Below are positions 39,166 to 49,319 of a stretch of DNA of 64,000 bases, piece after piece. Made by a program: the position numbers and the translations under genes. Source of the stretch: Candidatus Latescibacterota bacterium (lineage in GTDB: Bacteria > Latescibacterota > UBA2968). The notes below the pieces were generated by a model, which was given only the letters and a program-made list of their open reading frames with translations, searched no databases and was not told where the DNA came from. Every line of letters begins with the position of its first letter. Within the stretch, counting starts at the first letter, position 1. The stretch is from the NCBI GenBank assembly GCA_965204375.1, contig OZ241986.1, positions 2,784,001 to 2,848,000 of the forward strand. The letters are read 5' to 3'.

Positions 39166-40505
39166 TGACCAACCATCGTCCCAACATCCTCTTCCTCTGT
39201 TCTGATCAGCACCAGACCGCTGCGTCGGGGTGTTATGGTCACACAGAAGCACAAACCCCAAATATCGACCGCATTGCCGCATCTGGTATCCGCTTTAACA
39301 GAGCCTATTGCCAGTCTCCCGTCTGTGTGCCCGCACGCGGATCAATCATCACCGCACAATACCCACACACACACGGCGCGCGCATTTTACAAGACGCACT
39401 ATCCTCCAACACGCGCACCATTGCCCATCACTTTGCCGAACACGGCTATCAAACCGGTGCAATAGGCAAAATGCACTTTGTGGATGAAACGCAAAAACAC
39501 GGATTTGATTACCGCCTGGAAATGGCCGACTTCAGAAAAACGCTCACAGATGAAGAATGGCGGGAACTGCGGCGTGACCAGGGCGGAGGAGGTGGCACAT
39601 CGGGGCGACCATCCAAATTGTCCGCACGCTATTTTCAAGACACGTATTACGCCGACGAAACCGTGCGGTATTTGCGCGAAAAAAGGGATCCCAACAAACC
39701 CTTTATCCTCTGGTCATCCTACTTCATGCCGCACACGCCCCTCATCCCCATGCAGCAATACTTCGACCTCTACAATCCCGAAACCCTCACCCTGCCCGAA
39801 CGCAGTGACAACGCGCTGGAAACTGGTTTTGAAGGCCACCTCATTCGCGCCAAACAGCGGGGGTGGTACGCGCAAACAGACCGGGAACTCTGCCGCGCAC
39901 TCGCCGGATACTACGGCAACATCAGCCAGATGGACGCGTGCATCGGCAAAGTACTCGACACACTCTACGACCTGAACCTCGACAAAAACACCATCATCGT
40001 CTATACCTCTGACCACGGCGAAATGGCCGGCGCACATCGCATGTGGACCAAACACAACATGTATGAACAATCGGTCTGCGTGCCCCTCATCATCCGCCTG
40101 CCCGGAGACATCCACGCCAACACCTCGCACAACCACCTCGTCGAACACGTGGACCTCTATCCCACACTCGCCGAATTGTGCAATTTGCCCATTCCCGAAA
40201 ACATCCACGGACGCAGTTTTGCCCCACTGTTTGACAACCGGACCTACCAGCCGCGCGAATACGCCTACTCCGAATACGATTTTTGCCACGGCGTCTTCAC
40301 GCGAGACAATCGGTATGTGGGCAAACCGCCAATCCTCATGGTCCGCACAGACCGCTGGAAACTCAATTATCTGAGCTGGGCGCGCTCTGAACTCTTTGAT
40401 CTCGAAAACGACCCGAATGAATTTCGCAACGTCATCGACGACCCCGCAAATACCAGCATCGCGCGCGAACTCACGGAGATCGCGAAACAGATGTATGAAA
40501 ACTAA
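39165..40505 (+). CDS. Sulfatase
   Basis: PNILFLCSDQH, CVPAR, GKMHF and SDHGEM motifs. Confidence 0.9.
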   Translation: MTNHRPNILFLCSDQHQTAASGCYGHTEAQTPNIDRIAASGIRFNRAYCQSPVCVPARGSIITAQYPHTHGARILQDALSSNTRTIAHHFAEHGYQTGAIGKMHFVDETQKHGFDYRLEMADFRKTLTDEEWRELRRDQGGGGGTSGRPSKLSARYFQDTYYADETVRYLREKRDPNKPFILWSSYFMPHTPLIPMQQYFDLYNPETLTLPERSDNALETGFEGHLIRAKQRGWYAQTDRELCRALAGYYGNISQMDACIGKVLDTLYDLNLDKNTIIVYTSDHGEMAGAHRMWTKHNMYEQSVCVPLIIRLPGDIHANTSHNHLVEHVDLYPTLAELCNLPIPENIHGRSFAPLFDNRTYQPREYAYSEYDFCHGVFTRDNRYVGKPPILMVRTDRWKLNYLSWARSELFDLENDPNEFRNVIDDPANTSIARELTEIAKQMYEN

Positions 40506-40536
40506 TGCTATAAACCAACACAACGAGGAGCACATC

Positions 40537-41460
40537 ATGCCTACTTTTCAAACACCCGAAGGCACAAAAGTCAAAATGAGCGGAAAAGAACTCGTATTTG
40601 GAGAAAATATCTTCTCGCCGAGGGAATCCAACGACATCCTCGCAGACACGGAAGCATTGAGACAGCGAATGGAAGAAGATGGGTATCTCATCATTCGCAA
40701 CTTCCACAACCGCGAAGACATCATGAAAGCGCGAAAAGAAATTGTCGATCACATGGGAAGTCAGGGCCTGCTCGCCGCGGGATCCACGCTTGAAGACGCC
40801 ATCATCGGCGATAGAAAACGCTCCATGCGCTTCAAAGACAGCCTGGTCAAAACCTGGCCCGGCTTTCTCAATATTGTCGATGGCAAAAACACAATGGACT
40901 TCTTCGGTCGCTTTTTGGGCGGCCCCGCCCTCTCGCTCGATCACAAATGGCTACGCGCCATCAGAACGGGAGGCAATGCGGGGATGCACTGCGACATTGT
41001 ATATATGGGCGCAGGCACCAAAAATCTCTATACCATGTGGACAGCTCTGGGCGACATCTCCCTCGACATGGGACCACTCGCCCTCTGCCTGGGATCGCAC
41101 AAACTCGAACGTCTTCGCAATACCTACGGCGCATCGGATGCACACGACGATTTGATCCAGGGATCGTTCTCCAACGATCCCTACGATGTCATAGAAACCC
41201 TCGGCACCACATGGGCCGCCACGCCATTTCAAGCCGGTGATGTCGTCATCTTCGGCATGTACTTCATGCACGCCTCTCTCGAAAACACCACCGACCGCTT
41301 TCGCATCAGCAGCGATACCCGCTATCAACTCGCCACAGAAGCCACGGACCAACGACACATGGGCAAAGACCCCGACGTAATACCCAAAGCAGATCTGTCC
41401 GAACGCAAGTCCATCGAAGAATACCGCGCGGAATGGGGATTGGTGAAGGAGACCGCTTGA
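40537..41460 (+). CDS. Phytanoyl-CoA dioxygenase (PhyH) family protein
   Basis: EEDGYL, HCD, GSH and MHASLEN...RISSDTRYQ motifs. Confidence 0.85.
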   Translation: MPTFQTPEGTKVKMSGKELVFGENIFSPRESNDILADTEALRQRMEEDGYLIIRNFHNREDIMKARKEIVDHMGSQGLLAAGSTLEDAIIGDRKRSMRFKDSLVKTWPGFLNIVDGKNTMDFFGRFLGGPALSLDHKWLRAIRTGGNAGMHCDIVYMGAGTKNLYTMWTALGDISLDMGPLALCLGSHKLERLRNTYGASDAHDDLIQGSFSNDPYDVIETLGTTWAATPFQAGDVVIFGMYFMHASLENTTDRFRISSDTRYQLATEATDQRHMGKDPDVIPKADLSERKSIEEYRAEWGLVKETA

Positions 41461-41461
41461 A

Positions 41462-42532
41462 ATGTCCGGTATCACACAGCACAAACCCGACAAAGCCTAT
41501 GAAGGATACACCCTCTTTTCAGAAACCTTCGCAGAACCAAACTGGGAAGTCGGCAAAGAAGCCGTGGTGTACCTCATCGACATGAACGGAGAACCCGCCC
41601 ACACATGGCACCTCACGCAACACACCATCCAGTCCCACTGTCGATTGCTGCCCAACGGCCATCTTCTGGTACCTACCCACGACCGCTCGGGCGTCACGCA
41701 GTGCAGCAATGTCGGCATTTTTGAATACGATCCCGACAGCACACTCGTCTGGCGCGTGCGCTGTCGCACCGACCACGACTATCAGGTGCGCGACAACGGC
41801 AATCTGCTCATCCACACGCTCAACGAAACCATGTGCCCGCCGCTGGGACCTGAACTCAAGCGCCACCCGTATATGATTGAAATTACGCGAGACAAAGAAC
41901 TGGTCTGGGAGTGGAAAGGAGAAGAGCATCTACAAGACCTCGAAGCCTGTCTATCTCCCGAAGCATGGCAACACGTTCTGGACCGCGCCACCGGACGATT
42001 TGCATTTGACTGGGCGCACAACAACACGCTCCAGATCATCCAGCCCAATAAAAACGAGGGTGACCCGCGCTTCAAACCCGGCAACATCTTCTTCTCCTAC
42101 CGCAGCAACGACGTCATCGGCGTGATTGACTACGACACCGGCGACATTGTCTGGGCATGGGGACCCGATATCATAGACGGGCAGCACAAGCCCCACATGC
42201 TCGCAAACGGCAATGTACTGATCTTCGACAACGGCACCCTGCGCGGATATTCTCGTGTAATTGAACTCAATCCCCTCACCGAAACCATCGAATGGGAATA
42301 CGTCGCAGACCCCAAAGAAGCGTTCTTCAGCGCGGCCATTTCCGGCGCCCAGCGCCTGCCCAATGGCAACACCCTGATATGCGAAGGCGGCAAAACCCGA
42401 CTTTTTGAAGTCACGCCAGATGGAGAAATCGTCTGGGAATTTATCAACCCCTATCGCCACGAAAACGGGCGCCCCGTCATCTATCGCTGTTTGAGATATT
42501 CACCTGAATACGTAGCCCCACTACTGTCCTGA
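41462..42532 (+). CDS. Arylsulfotransferase (ASST)-like beta-propeller protein
   Basis: DWAHNN, GQH, IFDNG and SGAQRLPNGNTLICEG...EVTPDGEIVWEF motifs. Confidence 0.82.
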   Translation: MSGITQHKPDKAYEGYTLFSETFAEPNWEVGKEAVVYLIDMNGEPAHTWHLTQHTIQSHCRLLPNGHLLVPTHDRSGVTQCSNVGIFEYDPDSTLVWRVRCRTDHDYQVRDNGNLLIHTLNETMCPPLGPELKRHPYMIEITRDKELVWEWKGEEHLQDLEACLSPEAWQHVLDRATGRFAFDWAHNNTLQIIQPNKNEGDPRFKPGNIFFSYRSNDVIGVIDYDTGDIVWAWGPDIIDGQHKPHMLANGNVLIFDNGTLRGYSRVIELNPLTETIEWEYVADPKEAFFSAAISGAQRLPNGNTLICEGGKTRLFEVTPDGEIVWEFINPYRHENGRPVIYRCLRYSPEYVAPLLS

Positions 42533-42549
42533 AAGGAGTCTTTATACCT

Positions 42550-44262
42550 ATGTCTTCTCCCAATGTAGTCTTTGTAATTACCGATGATCAGGGCTATGGC
42601 GACCTTGGATGTCACGGCAATGACATCATCCAGACGCCCAACCTCGACAAGCTTTACACCGAAAGCGTGCGATTTACCAATTATCACGTCGGTCCCACCT
42701 GCGCGCCCACCCGAGCGGGCATCATGACGGGACGCTATTGCAACTGCACAGGTGTATGGCACACCATTGCGGGACGCTCGCTATTGCGCAAAGACGAAAC
42801 CACCATCGCCGACTTTTTCAAAGCAGCGGGATATCGCACCGGCATGTTTGGCAAATGGCATCTCGGCGACAACTATCCATTTCACCCACATAACCGGGGC
42901 TTTGACACGGTCGTTTACCACGGCGGCGGCGGCGTACACCAGACCCCTGACTACTGGGGCAATACCTATTTCAATGACACGTACTTCCGCAACGGCGTAC
43001 CTGAAAAATTCAGAGGCTACTGCACGGACATCTGGTTTGACGAAGCCAAAAAATTCATTGAAGACTGTGGCGACACGCCCTTCTTCTGCTATATCCCCAC
43101 CAACGCGCCGCACGGTCCCTTCAACATAGCCGATCACTACCGCGAACTCTATAATAGCGATGGCTTACCCGGCCAGCGCGACCGCTTTTACGGCATGATC
43201 ACCAACATCGACGAAAACGTCGGCCTCATGCGCGACTTCCTCCGCGAAAAGGGATTGGAAGAAAACACCATCTTCATCTTCATGACCGACAACGGCACGG
43301 CCAACGGCTGCAACCTCGACGGCAATGCCTATGTCACAGATGGTTTCAACGCTGGCATGCGCGGGAAAAAAGGCTCGGAATACGAAGGCGGACATCGCGT
43401 GCCCTTCTTCTTTCACTGGCCCGCGGGGGGATACACCAGCGGACGGAACATCGACACCCTCATTGCCAACATCGACTTCTTGCCCACCCTCTGCGACCTC
43501 TGTGATGTGCCCATCTCCGACGAAGCCCTCGAACGCATCAACGGCACCAGCGTCAAACCCCTCCTCGAAGGCACGGACAACTGGCCCGACCGCACAATCG
43601 TCACAGACTCACAGCGCGTGGAAAACCCCATCAAATGGCGCAAATGCGCGACCATGACACAGCGATGGCGACTCGTCAACGGCGAAGAACTCTACGACAT
43701 GGACACCGACCGCGAACAACGCCACAATGTCGCAGAACAACACCCCGATGTCATCGCCGAACTGCGCCAACACTACGAAGACTGGTGGACACTCGTCTCC
43801 GAACGCTTTGGCGAAGACGTACCCATCATCGTCGGCTCCGAAAGTGAACCCGTCTCTGTGATCACAACCCACGACTGGCACAACGAAAACAGCGATTGCG
43901 CCTGGAATCAGGCTGCGATTCGCCGCGGAATGGAATGCAATGGCCGCTGGGCAATTGACGTGTCTGAATCAGGTGATTACACCTTTGAACTGCGCCGATG
44001 GCCCCGCGAAGAAGACCGCGCCATCACCGAAGGCATCCCCGGCAAACTCACGCCCTACTACGGCGGCAACGCAATTCCCGTCAGCACCGCCCGCATCAAA
44101 GTCGCAGGAGAAGAACAAGCGCAATCCATCGGCCCAGAAGACAAAGGCATCGCCTTTACCTACACCCTCCAGGCTGGGGAAACAAGCCTCGAAACCGAAC
44201 TCACCGATGGAAATGGCATTTCATTGGGGGCGTATTACGTGTATGTGGAAAGGGTGGAATAA
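42550..44262 (+). CDS. Arylsulfatase
   Basis: PNVVFVITDDQGYGD, CAPTR, GKWHLG and TDNG motifs. Confidence 0.92.
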   Translation: MSSPNVVFVITDDQGYGDLGCHGNDIIQTPNLDKLYTESVRFTNYHVGPTCAPTRAGIMTGRYCNCTGVWHTIAGRSLLRKDETTIADFFKAAGYRTGMFGKWHLGDNYPFHPHNRGFDTVVYHGGGGVHQTPDYWGNTYFNDTYFRNGVPEKFRGYCTDIWFDEAKKFIEDCGDTPFFCYIPTNAPHGPFNIADHYRELYNSDGLPGQRDRFYGMITNIDENVGLMRDFLREKGLEENTIFIFMTDNGTANGCNLDGNAYVTDGFNAGMRGKKGSEYEGGHRVPFFFHWPAGGYTSGRNIDTLIANIDFLPTLCDLCDVPISDEALERINGTSVKPLLEGTDNWPDRTIVTDSQRVENPIKWRKCATMTQRWRLVNGEELYDMDTDREQRHNVAEQHPDVIAELRQHYEDWWTLVSERFGEDVPIIVGSESEPVSVITTHDWHNENSDCAWNQAAIRRGMECNGRWAIDVSESGDYTFELRRWPREEDRAITEGIPGKLTPYYGGNAIPVSTARIKVAGEEQAQSIGPEDKGIAFTYTLQAGETSLETELTDGNGISLGAYYVYVERVE

Positions 44263-44321
44263 AGCGAGGGACTGGGGACTGATTGAGAGGACATCTCACC
44301 TCTCACCTATAAAAAAAAACA

Positions 44322-44735
44322 ATGGGCAAAGGATTGTTACTCATCTTCGCGCTTTTCTTCGCGAATTCATCTTCATGGGGTGCGGAATCTCAGCCCGATT
44401 CTCTCTCATCGGACCACCGCGTGCGCGGTGCGGTATTGCGGTCTATCGCACTGCCAGGATGGGGACAATTTTACAATGGCAAGCGCGTAAAAGGCAGTAT
44501 AATTGCAACCGCAGAAGTAGCTTCGGCCATCGCATGGGTAGTGCGTCGCAAACAAATCAAAGATCGGGGCACTCAGGAGCGGAACCTGTACCTCTTCTCA
44601 ACCATCGGGATTGTCCTCTACAGCGTGGGAGATGCTTATGTGGATGCCCATCTCAGCCGAGTAGATTGGGCTGAAGTGGAGGCGGGTATCGATGAAAATG
44701 GCACAGCAAAATTTCGACTAAAACTTAAGTTTTGA
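44322..44735 (+). CDS. DUF5683-like protein with signal peptide
   Basis: AVLRSIALPGWGQFYNG...DAYVDAHL. Confidence 0.7.
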   Translation: MGKGLLLIFALFFANSSSWGAESQPDSLSSDHRVRGAVLRSIALPGWGQFYNGKRVKGSIIATAEVASAIAWVVRRKQIKDRGTQERNLYLFSTIGIVLYSVGDAYVDAHLSRVDWAEVEAGIDENGTAKFRLKLKF

Positions 44736-44742
44736 TAGTGTT

Positions 44743-45714
44743 TTAGACATACCGAATATTCTTCCCCAGCGTCGCCACCATCTCACCACTTGATACCATC
44801 GGCAACAAATTTTCCGACCAGAAAATCGACTCTTCTGGCGCGCGCAATGTCTCGAGCACATTGCCAAATGGATCGGTAATATCTGCAACGGGATCGCCCT
44901 TTTGCAAATGATCGTAGTGCTGCGCGTGAAACTCTATAAATCCACCCCGATTGGCTAACACCGTCAAAAACCCATCCACCACCACCTGCTTCCTGGGTAT
45001 AAACGGCTCGCCCGGTATAACCCCGTAATACTTCAACACATTCTCGACACCCGTAATACCCTTTTGAATGCTCTCTCTATCCCAGCCGATGCACCCACCG
45101 AGTTCGGGATCAATCGTCGGAATCCCCTCATCGGGCGCAGAACGCGCGAGTTGACCTTCGGGACCGCGCTGATCGAGAATATAGCCAATGCCAAACACCT
45201 GAGCCATCTCCATACACGCGCGATGAATGCGCTTGCGCCGATCCACCCGCACGCGCACCTCGTCAATCATCGGTCGGCGCCCCCCCTGGTGCAAATCAAC
45301 ACAATAATCGGACTGCAACACCGCATTGTGAAATAACCGATAGGCAATGCGCTCGCTCGACGTACCATCTTTGCGCCCTGGAAAACACCGATTCATCTTT
45401 TTTTCATCAATCGGACTAAATGCCTGATGCGCGTGAAACGCATGGAAATTGACAATCAACACCGCAATAACCCGCCCGCTCATCACAGTCGGATCCAGCC
45501 GCTTCAACACCTGTCGAATCACACTAATACCATTTAACTCATCCCCATCGCTAATCGCCTGCAAATAAATCGTCGGTCCTTCCTCAGCACCATTGACCAG
45601 GGATACCGGAACGCGCGCAGGCGACCCATCCTGCATCTCAGCCACCTTCAAATAGCCATCCGTGCGCTGTCCAGACTCAGCCCGAAGATGTTCAACGCGA
45701 AGCAACTCACCCAT
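44743..45714 (-). CDS. Succinylglutamate desuccinylase/aspartoacylase family protein
   Basis: GDELNG, MNRCFPG, VDLHQG and ELGG motifs; C-terminal barrel domain. Confidence 0.85.
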   Translation of the reverse strand: MGELLRVEHLRAESGQRTDGYLKVAEMQDGSPARVPVSLVNGAEEGPTIYLQAISDGDELNGISVIRQVLKRLDPTVMSGRVIAVLIVNFHAFHAHQAFSPIDEKKMNRCFPGRKDGTSSERIAYRLFHNAVLQSDYCVDLHQGGRRPMIDEVRVRVDRRKRIHRACMEMAQVFGIGYILDQRGPEGQLARSAPDEGIPTIDPELGGCIGWDRESIQKGITGVENVLKYYGVIPGEPFIPRKQVVVDGFLTVLANRGGFIEFHAQHYDHLQKGDPVADITDPFGNVLETLRAPEESIFWSENLLPMVSSGEMVATLGKNIRYV

Positions 45715-45826
45715 AATAATTACCGCTCCTTAAAAAAGCCGAATATCTCTTTATTTTTTCGTGTTAAAAAAACAGGTGAAACCATGTGATGTCAACCAAA
45801 AAGAACCTGATATTTTTTATTTAAAT

Positions 45827-45855
45827 TTGACAACTGTCATGTGACGCATTACATT
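45827..45855 (+). promoter_or_regulatory. higBA promoter with a palindromic operator in the spacer
   Basis: TTGACA-17 nt-TACATT; GTCA-TG-TGAC palindrome in the spacer; ATG 6 nt downstream, so probably leaderless. Confidence 0.55.
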
Positions 45856-45861
45856 AAAATT

Positions 45862-46143
45862 ATGATACGCACCTTTGCCAATAGAGAAACTCAGGAACTC
45901 TTCACTAAAGGACAATCACGACGTTTACCACCCGATATAATTAGAAGAGCCATTCGCCGTCTGGAATACATCGATCTGGCCGATACCCTGGACGATTTAA
46001 AGATACCGCCGAGCAACCGTCTTCATGCCTTAAAAGGAAACAGAAGAGGACAACATTCTATTTCCATTAACACACAATGGCGAATCTGTTTTCGATTCAT
46101 TGATGGCGATGCTTATGATGTCGAAATCACTGACTATCATTAG
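45862..46143 (+). CDS. higB: HigB-type (RelE superfamily) toxin
   Basis: MIRTFAN...PPSNRLHALKGNRRGQHSISINTQWRICFRF...EITDYH. Confidence 0.92.
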   Translation: MIRTFANRETQELFTKGQSRRLPPDIIRRAIRRLEYIDLADTLDDLKIPPSNRLHALKGNRRGQHSISINTQWRICFRFIDGDAYDVEITDYH

Positions 46144-46154
46144 GAGAAACCAAA

Positions 46155-46472
46155 ATGTCCATACCGAACATCCCCAAACGTGAAATCCCACCAACACATC
46201 CCGGCGAGATGCTCCGAGAAGATTTCATGCCCGATTATCATTTGACCCCGACCTCACTCGCTTCTGCTCTGGGCGTTTCGCGTCAAACGGTTCATGACTT
46301 ATTAAAAGAAAAACGCGCTGTCACTCCTCTCATGGCCCTTCGATTATCCCGTCTATTTGGCAATTCCCCAGAATTTTGGTCGCGGGCACAGCAGGCAAGA
46401 AACCTGTGGGAATCTGAACAACAATATCTCAATGATCTCGATCACATTCATCCGCTTACACCGCAGTATTAA
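46155..46472 (+). CDS. higA: HigA antitoxin
   Basis: PTHPGEMLREDF...LGVSRQT...MALRLSRLFGNSPEFW. Confidence 0.92.
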   Translation: MSIPNIPKREIPPTHPGEMLREDFMPDYHLTPTSLASALGVSRQTVHDLLKEKRAVTPLMALRLSRLFGNSPEFWSRAQQARNLWESEQQYLNDLDHIHPLTPQY

Positions 46473-46478
46473 AAAACA

Positions 46479-46510
46479 AAAGAGCCGATCCGGAAATGGA
46501 TCGGCTCTTT
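46479..46510. terminator. Bidirectional terminator between convergent genes
   Basis: AAAGAGCCGATCC-GGAAAT-GGATCGGCTCTTT. Confidence 0.8.
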
Positions 46511-46538
46511 CACTTATGGCCTCAATAATAGGTCCTCT

Positions 46539-47285
46539 CTAACCCTCATCATAATCAGTCAATGGACGGATCCAGATATTCCGATAGCGCACGGGATCGC
46601 CGTGATCTTGCAGCATCAACGGCCCGGTAGGCCCGTGCGGCGTGTCATAATTCGACACATTTCTATGCCCGGTCGGTCCCATAGCCTCTTTGCGATTGTG
46701 CAGCACAACACCATTCAAAAACACCGTCAAATACGCGGGCTTCACCAGTGAATCGCCATCGTATTCCGGTGCTTCAAAAACAATATCATAAGCCTGCCAC
46801 TCACCCGGCGGGCGCGTCGGATTTACCAGCGGCGGATACTGACTGTAAATCGCACCCGTCGTACCATCGGAATACGTCGAATTGTCATATCCATCCAGCA
46901 CCTGCACCTCGTATTTCCCGATCAAAAACACACCGCTATTTCCCCGCCCCTGACTGCTGCCGCGCACTTCTGACGGACAGGCAAATTCTATGTGCAACTG
47001 TGCGCTCCCAAACTCATCTTTTGTCCGGATATTCCCCGTGCGGGGATTCACCTCTACATACCCATTTTCCACTGTCCAGGTCGGATCCCCACCATCGAGA
47101 CTCTGCCAACTGGACAAATCTGTACCATCAAACAGCACCACGGCATCTGATGGTGCATCACCTGCACTGCCCCCCGGCGTCACCACGCGCGGTGCTGGAC
47201 GATTCTTATCGTGAACGCGCCACGGTTGATTGGGCAACATCGGCGTATCGTCATACCCTACCGGCGTGTGTTTTTCTGCTGCCAT
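46539..47285 (-). CDS. DUF1080 (3-keto-disaccharide hydrolase-like) protein
   Basis: LFDGTDLS, GNSGVF...YEVQVLD, GEWQAYDI and LQDHGDPVRYRNIWIR motifs. Confidence 0.88.
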   Translation of the reverse strand: MAAEKHTPVGYDDTPMLPNQPWRVHDKNRPAPRVVTPGGSAGDAPSDAVVLFDGTDLSSWQSLDGGDPTWTVENGYVEVNPRTGNIRTKDEFGSAQLHIEFACPSEVRGSSQGRGNSGVFLIGKYEVQVLDGYDNSTYSDGTTGAIYSQYPPLVNPTRPPGEWQAYDIVFEAPEYDGDSLVKPAYLTVFLNGVVLHNRKEAMGPTGHRNVSNYDTPHGPTGPLMLQDHGDPVRYRNIWIRPLTDYDEG

Positions 47286-47377
47286 TTTGTTTCCTTTCTA
47301 AAATGAAGTGAAAATTTTATCGTAGCACTATGATCATAAAAATAAACGGATGTGTCAAGCTCACAATACAAAATGCC

Positions 47378-48145
47378 TCAGTAGTAAATACCGCTGACAT
47401 CCCATCCAAAAATAGACACATCCACCCCTCCTGCACTAATATCAACACCCTCACACGCCAGCAACGCCCGCTGATTATCCACATGCGGCGTCAAACACCC
47501 TTTTGAATCCAAAATGCGATGCAGGGGATACGCCTGTCCCGCCACGCGCCTCATATACGTGGGCAACACGCGGTAATACGAACGCGACACCCCCAGAACA
47601 TCCACAATCTGTTTATAAGTCATCACCTTCCCAAAGGGAATCTGCTTTACAACCCACAAAAATCGATCTGAGGTCCTATCGGGCACGGGATCATAACACC
47701 TGTCCAACACCCTGACCGGATCGCCTTCACAAACGACACCACCCATCAGCACCACTGCCAAAAACCCACGCCGATTCTCCAACGACTGGATCGGTTTTAC
47801 CCCCAACGTCCCGATATACTTGCACACCTCACAATGATACGTTAGCCGAACAGTCACGGAATCCCCAAGTTGCAGCACCGAACCCGACGGCAAATCGTCC
47901 AGCGGCAACCCCGCGACAACGACATTCTCCCGCAAATCACCCGGCTGAAACTTGAACTCGTGCAGAGTCTTCATAGCAACCAACAGCACCTGCCGCGGAC
48001 CAACACCACCTGCATTCGCATCGCCTTCAATGCCAAAACGAGCGCGCAGTAAAAATTTACCATCACGAGGCTTTGACAAAGGCAGCCCCTTCTCTGCCTT
48101 AACAAAAAGAGAAATAACACGCCCTTGTGTATCTGTTTTTTCCAT
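47378..48145 (-). CDS. MOSC domain fused to an alkyltransferase-like (ATL/MGMT C-terminal) domain
   Basis: N-terminal GIEGD...RQVLL...PGDLRENV...CEVC...RG.LAVV..GG (MOSC); C-terminal QIPFGKVMTY...PLHRILDSKG...QRALLACEG. Confidence 0.75.
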   Translation of the reverse strand: MEKTDTQGRVISLFVKAEKGLPLSKPRDGKFLLRARFGIEGDANAGGVGPRQVLLVAMKTLHEFKFQPGDLRENVVVAGLPLDDLPSGSVLQLGDSVTVRLTYHCEVCKYIGTLGVKPIQSLENRRGFLAVVLMGGVVCEGDPVRVLDRCYDPVPDRTSDRFLWVVKQIPFGKVMTYKQIVDVLGVSRSYYRVLPTYMRRVAGQAYPLHRILDSKGCLTPHVDNQRALLACEGVDISAGGVDVSIFGWDVSGIYY

Positions 48146-48147
48146 TC

Positions 48148-48810
48148 CTACCCCACCATCCATCCCCCCGCGACCCGTGCCAATTCTTCCATCACGGGTT
48201 CATCTGTATTTCGCCGCTTCAGAATCTTAAATCCGTGATCCGCGGTATCCACCACATGAAGCATCGCATTCTCCAGATTATCCACCACCGGTTGCAACAG
48301 ATCTAAATTTGCCATCCTATCCCGCTGACCCGATAAAAACAACATCGGCACGCGTACATCCTTCAAATGCTCGGTGCGCTCTGTATTTGGCTTACTCGAA
48401 TACAGCGGAAAAGCGAAAAACACAATACCCTTCAATCCTTCAACAGGTTCTTCGGCACAAGCCATCGACACTATCCTCCCGCTCATCGAATGTCCGCCGG
48501 CAAAAACTGGCAACCCGCGCGCCTGCTTCATCCCCATCTCTATAGCCTTACGCACCGTCGCCAACCGCACCTTCTCGCCATCCATACCACCACCCCTCTC
48601 GGAATAGGGATAATTAAAGCGAAAAGTCGCAATCCCCACCTCGTTCAACGCATCGCTCAGTTCCTGCATAAAGAGATGCCGCATATTCGTACCCGACCCG
48701 TGACCCAACACAAACAACGCCTTTGCCCCACGCGGTCGCGCGTACAAAGCCGACACCTCGCCCTTTTCTTCAGTCGCAATAAATTTCAACTCTCTGGATT
48801 CAACAGCCAT
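48148..48810 (-). CDS. Alpha/beta hydrolase
   Basis: HGSG, RFNYPY, GGHSMSGR nucleophile elbow and ADHGF motifs. Confidence 0.85.
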   Translation of the reverse strand: MAVESRELKFIATEEKGEVSALYARPRGAKALFVLGHGSGTNMRHLFMQELSDALNEVGIATFRFNYPYSERGGGMDGEKVRLATVRKAIEMGMKQARGLPVFAGGHSMSGRIVSMACAEEPVEGLKGIVFFAFPLYSSKPNTERTEHLKDVRVPMLFLSGQRDRMANLDLLQPVVDNLENAMLHVVDTADHGFKILKRRNTDEPVMEELARVAGGWMVG

Positions 48811-49296
48811 TTATGTCTCCTCTTTCACCCAGGTAATATGAGAAGCGCGCGGCGTAGCACAAAGCGGTCCGCCAAGATCATCTGTCAACTTTAGCTTTAC
48901 AACAATGGGATCACCCGACTCAAGTGCCCGATTAACCTGCGCCCAATCGAGATGTCCAAGGCGTATTTTGAGCCTCCGAAACATCTCAAAATCACCCGAG
49001 TCTCGCACCACACCCCAGGAAAGATAAAAAAAGCGATCTGCGGGCCTGCCCTGTGCATAAGGACCCAAAAAATTGGGCGCACCATCGGGTTTCTCACCAA
49101 CCCTGAACTCGGGATAAAATACAACCTCACGACGATCTGCGGGAACCTGTTCAATAACCTCTTTGTCACGCTGTATGCCGAGATAAACAGGCTCTTTAAC
49201 CTCGGGATCGTGACCGTATGGGTCTTCAAAACGCGTACCGGGCAATTCAGTACAAATCACTTTTAGTTTCAAGTATGTGTCAGTTATTCCTGGCAT
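48811..49296 (-). CDS. DUF5990-like hypothetical protein
   Basis: LPG...GPYAQG.PADRFFYLSWG...MFRRLKI...LTD..GGPLCAT. Confidence 0.65.
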   Translation of the reverse strand: MPGITDTYLKLKVICTELPGTRFEDPYGHDPEVKEPVYLGIQRDKEVIEQVPADRREVVFYPEFRVGEKPDGAPNFLGPYAQGRPADRFFYLSWGVVRDSGDFEMFRRLKIRLGHLDWAQVNRALESGDPIVVKLKLTDDLGGPLCATPRASHITWVKEET

Positions 49297-49319
49297 GGGA
49301 CCACCCGCATTATCTGAAA

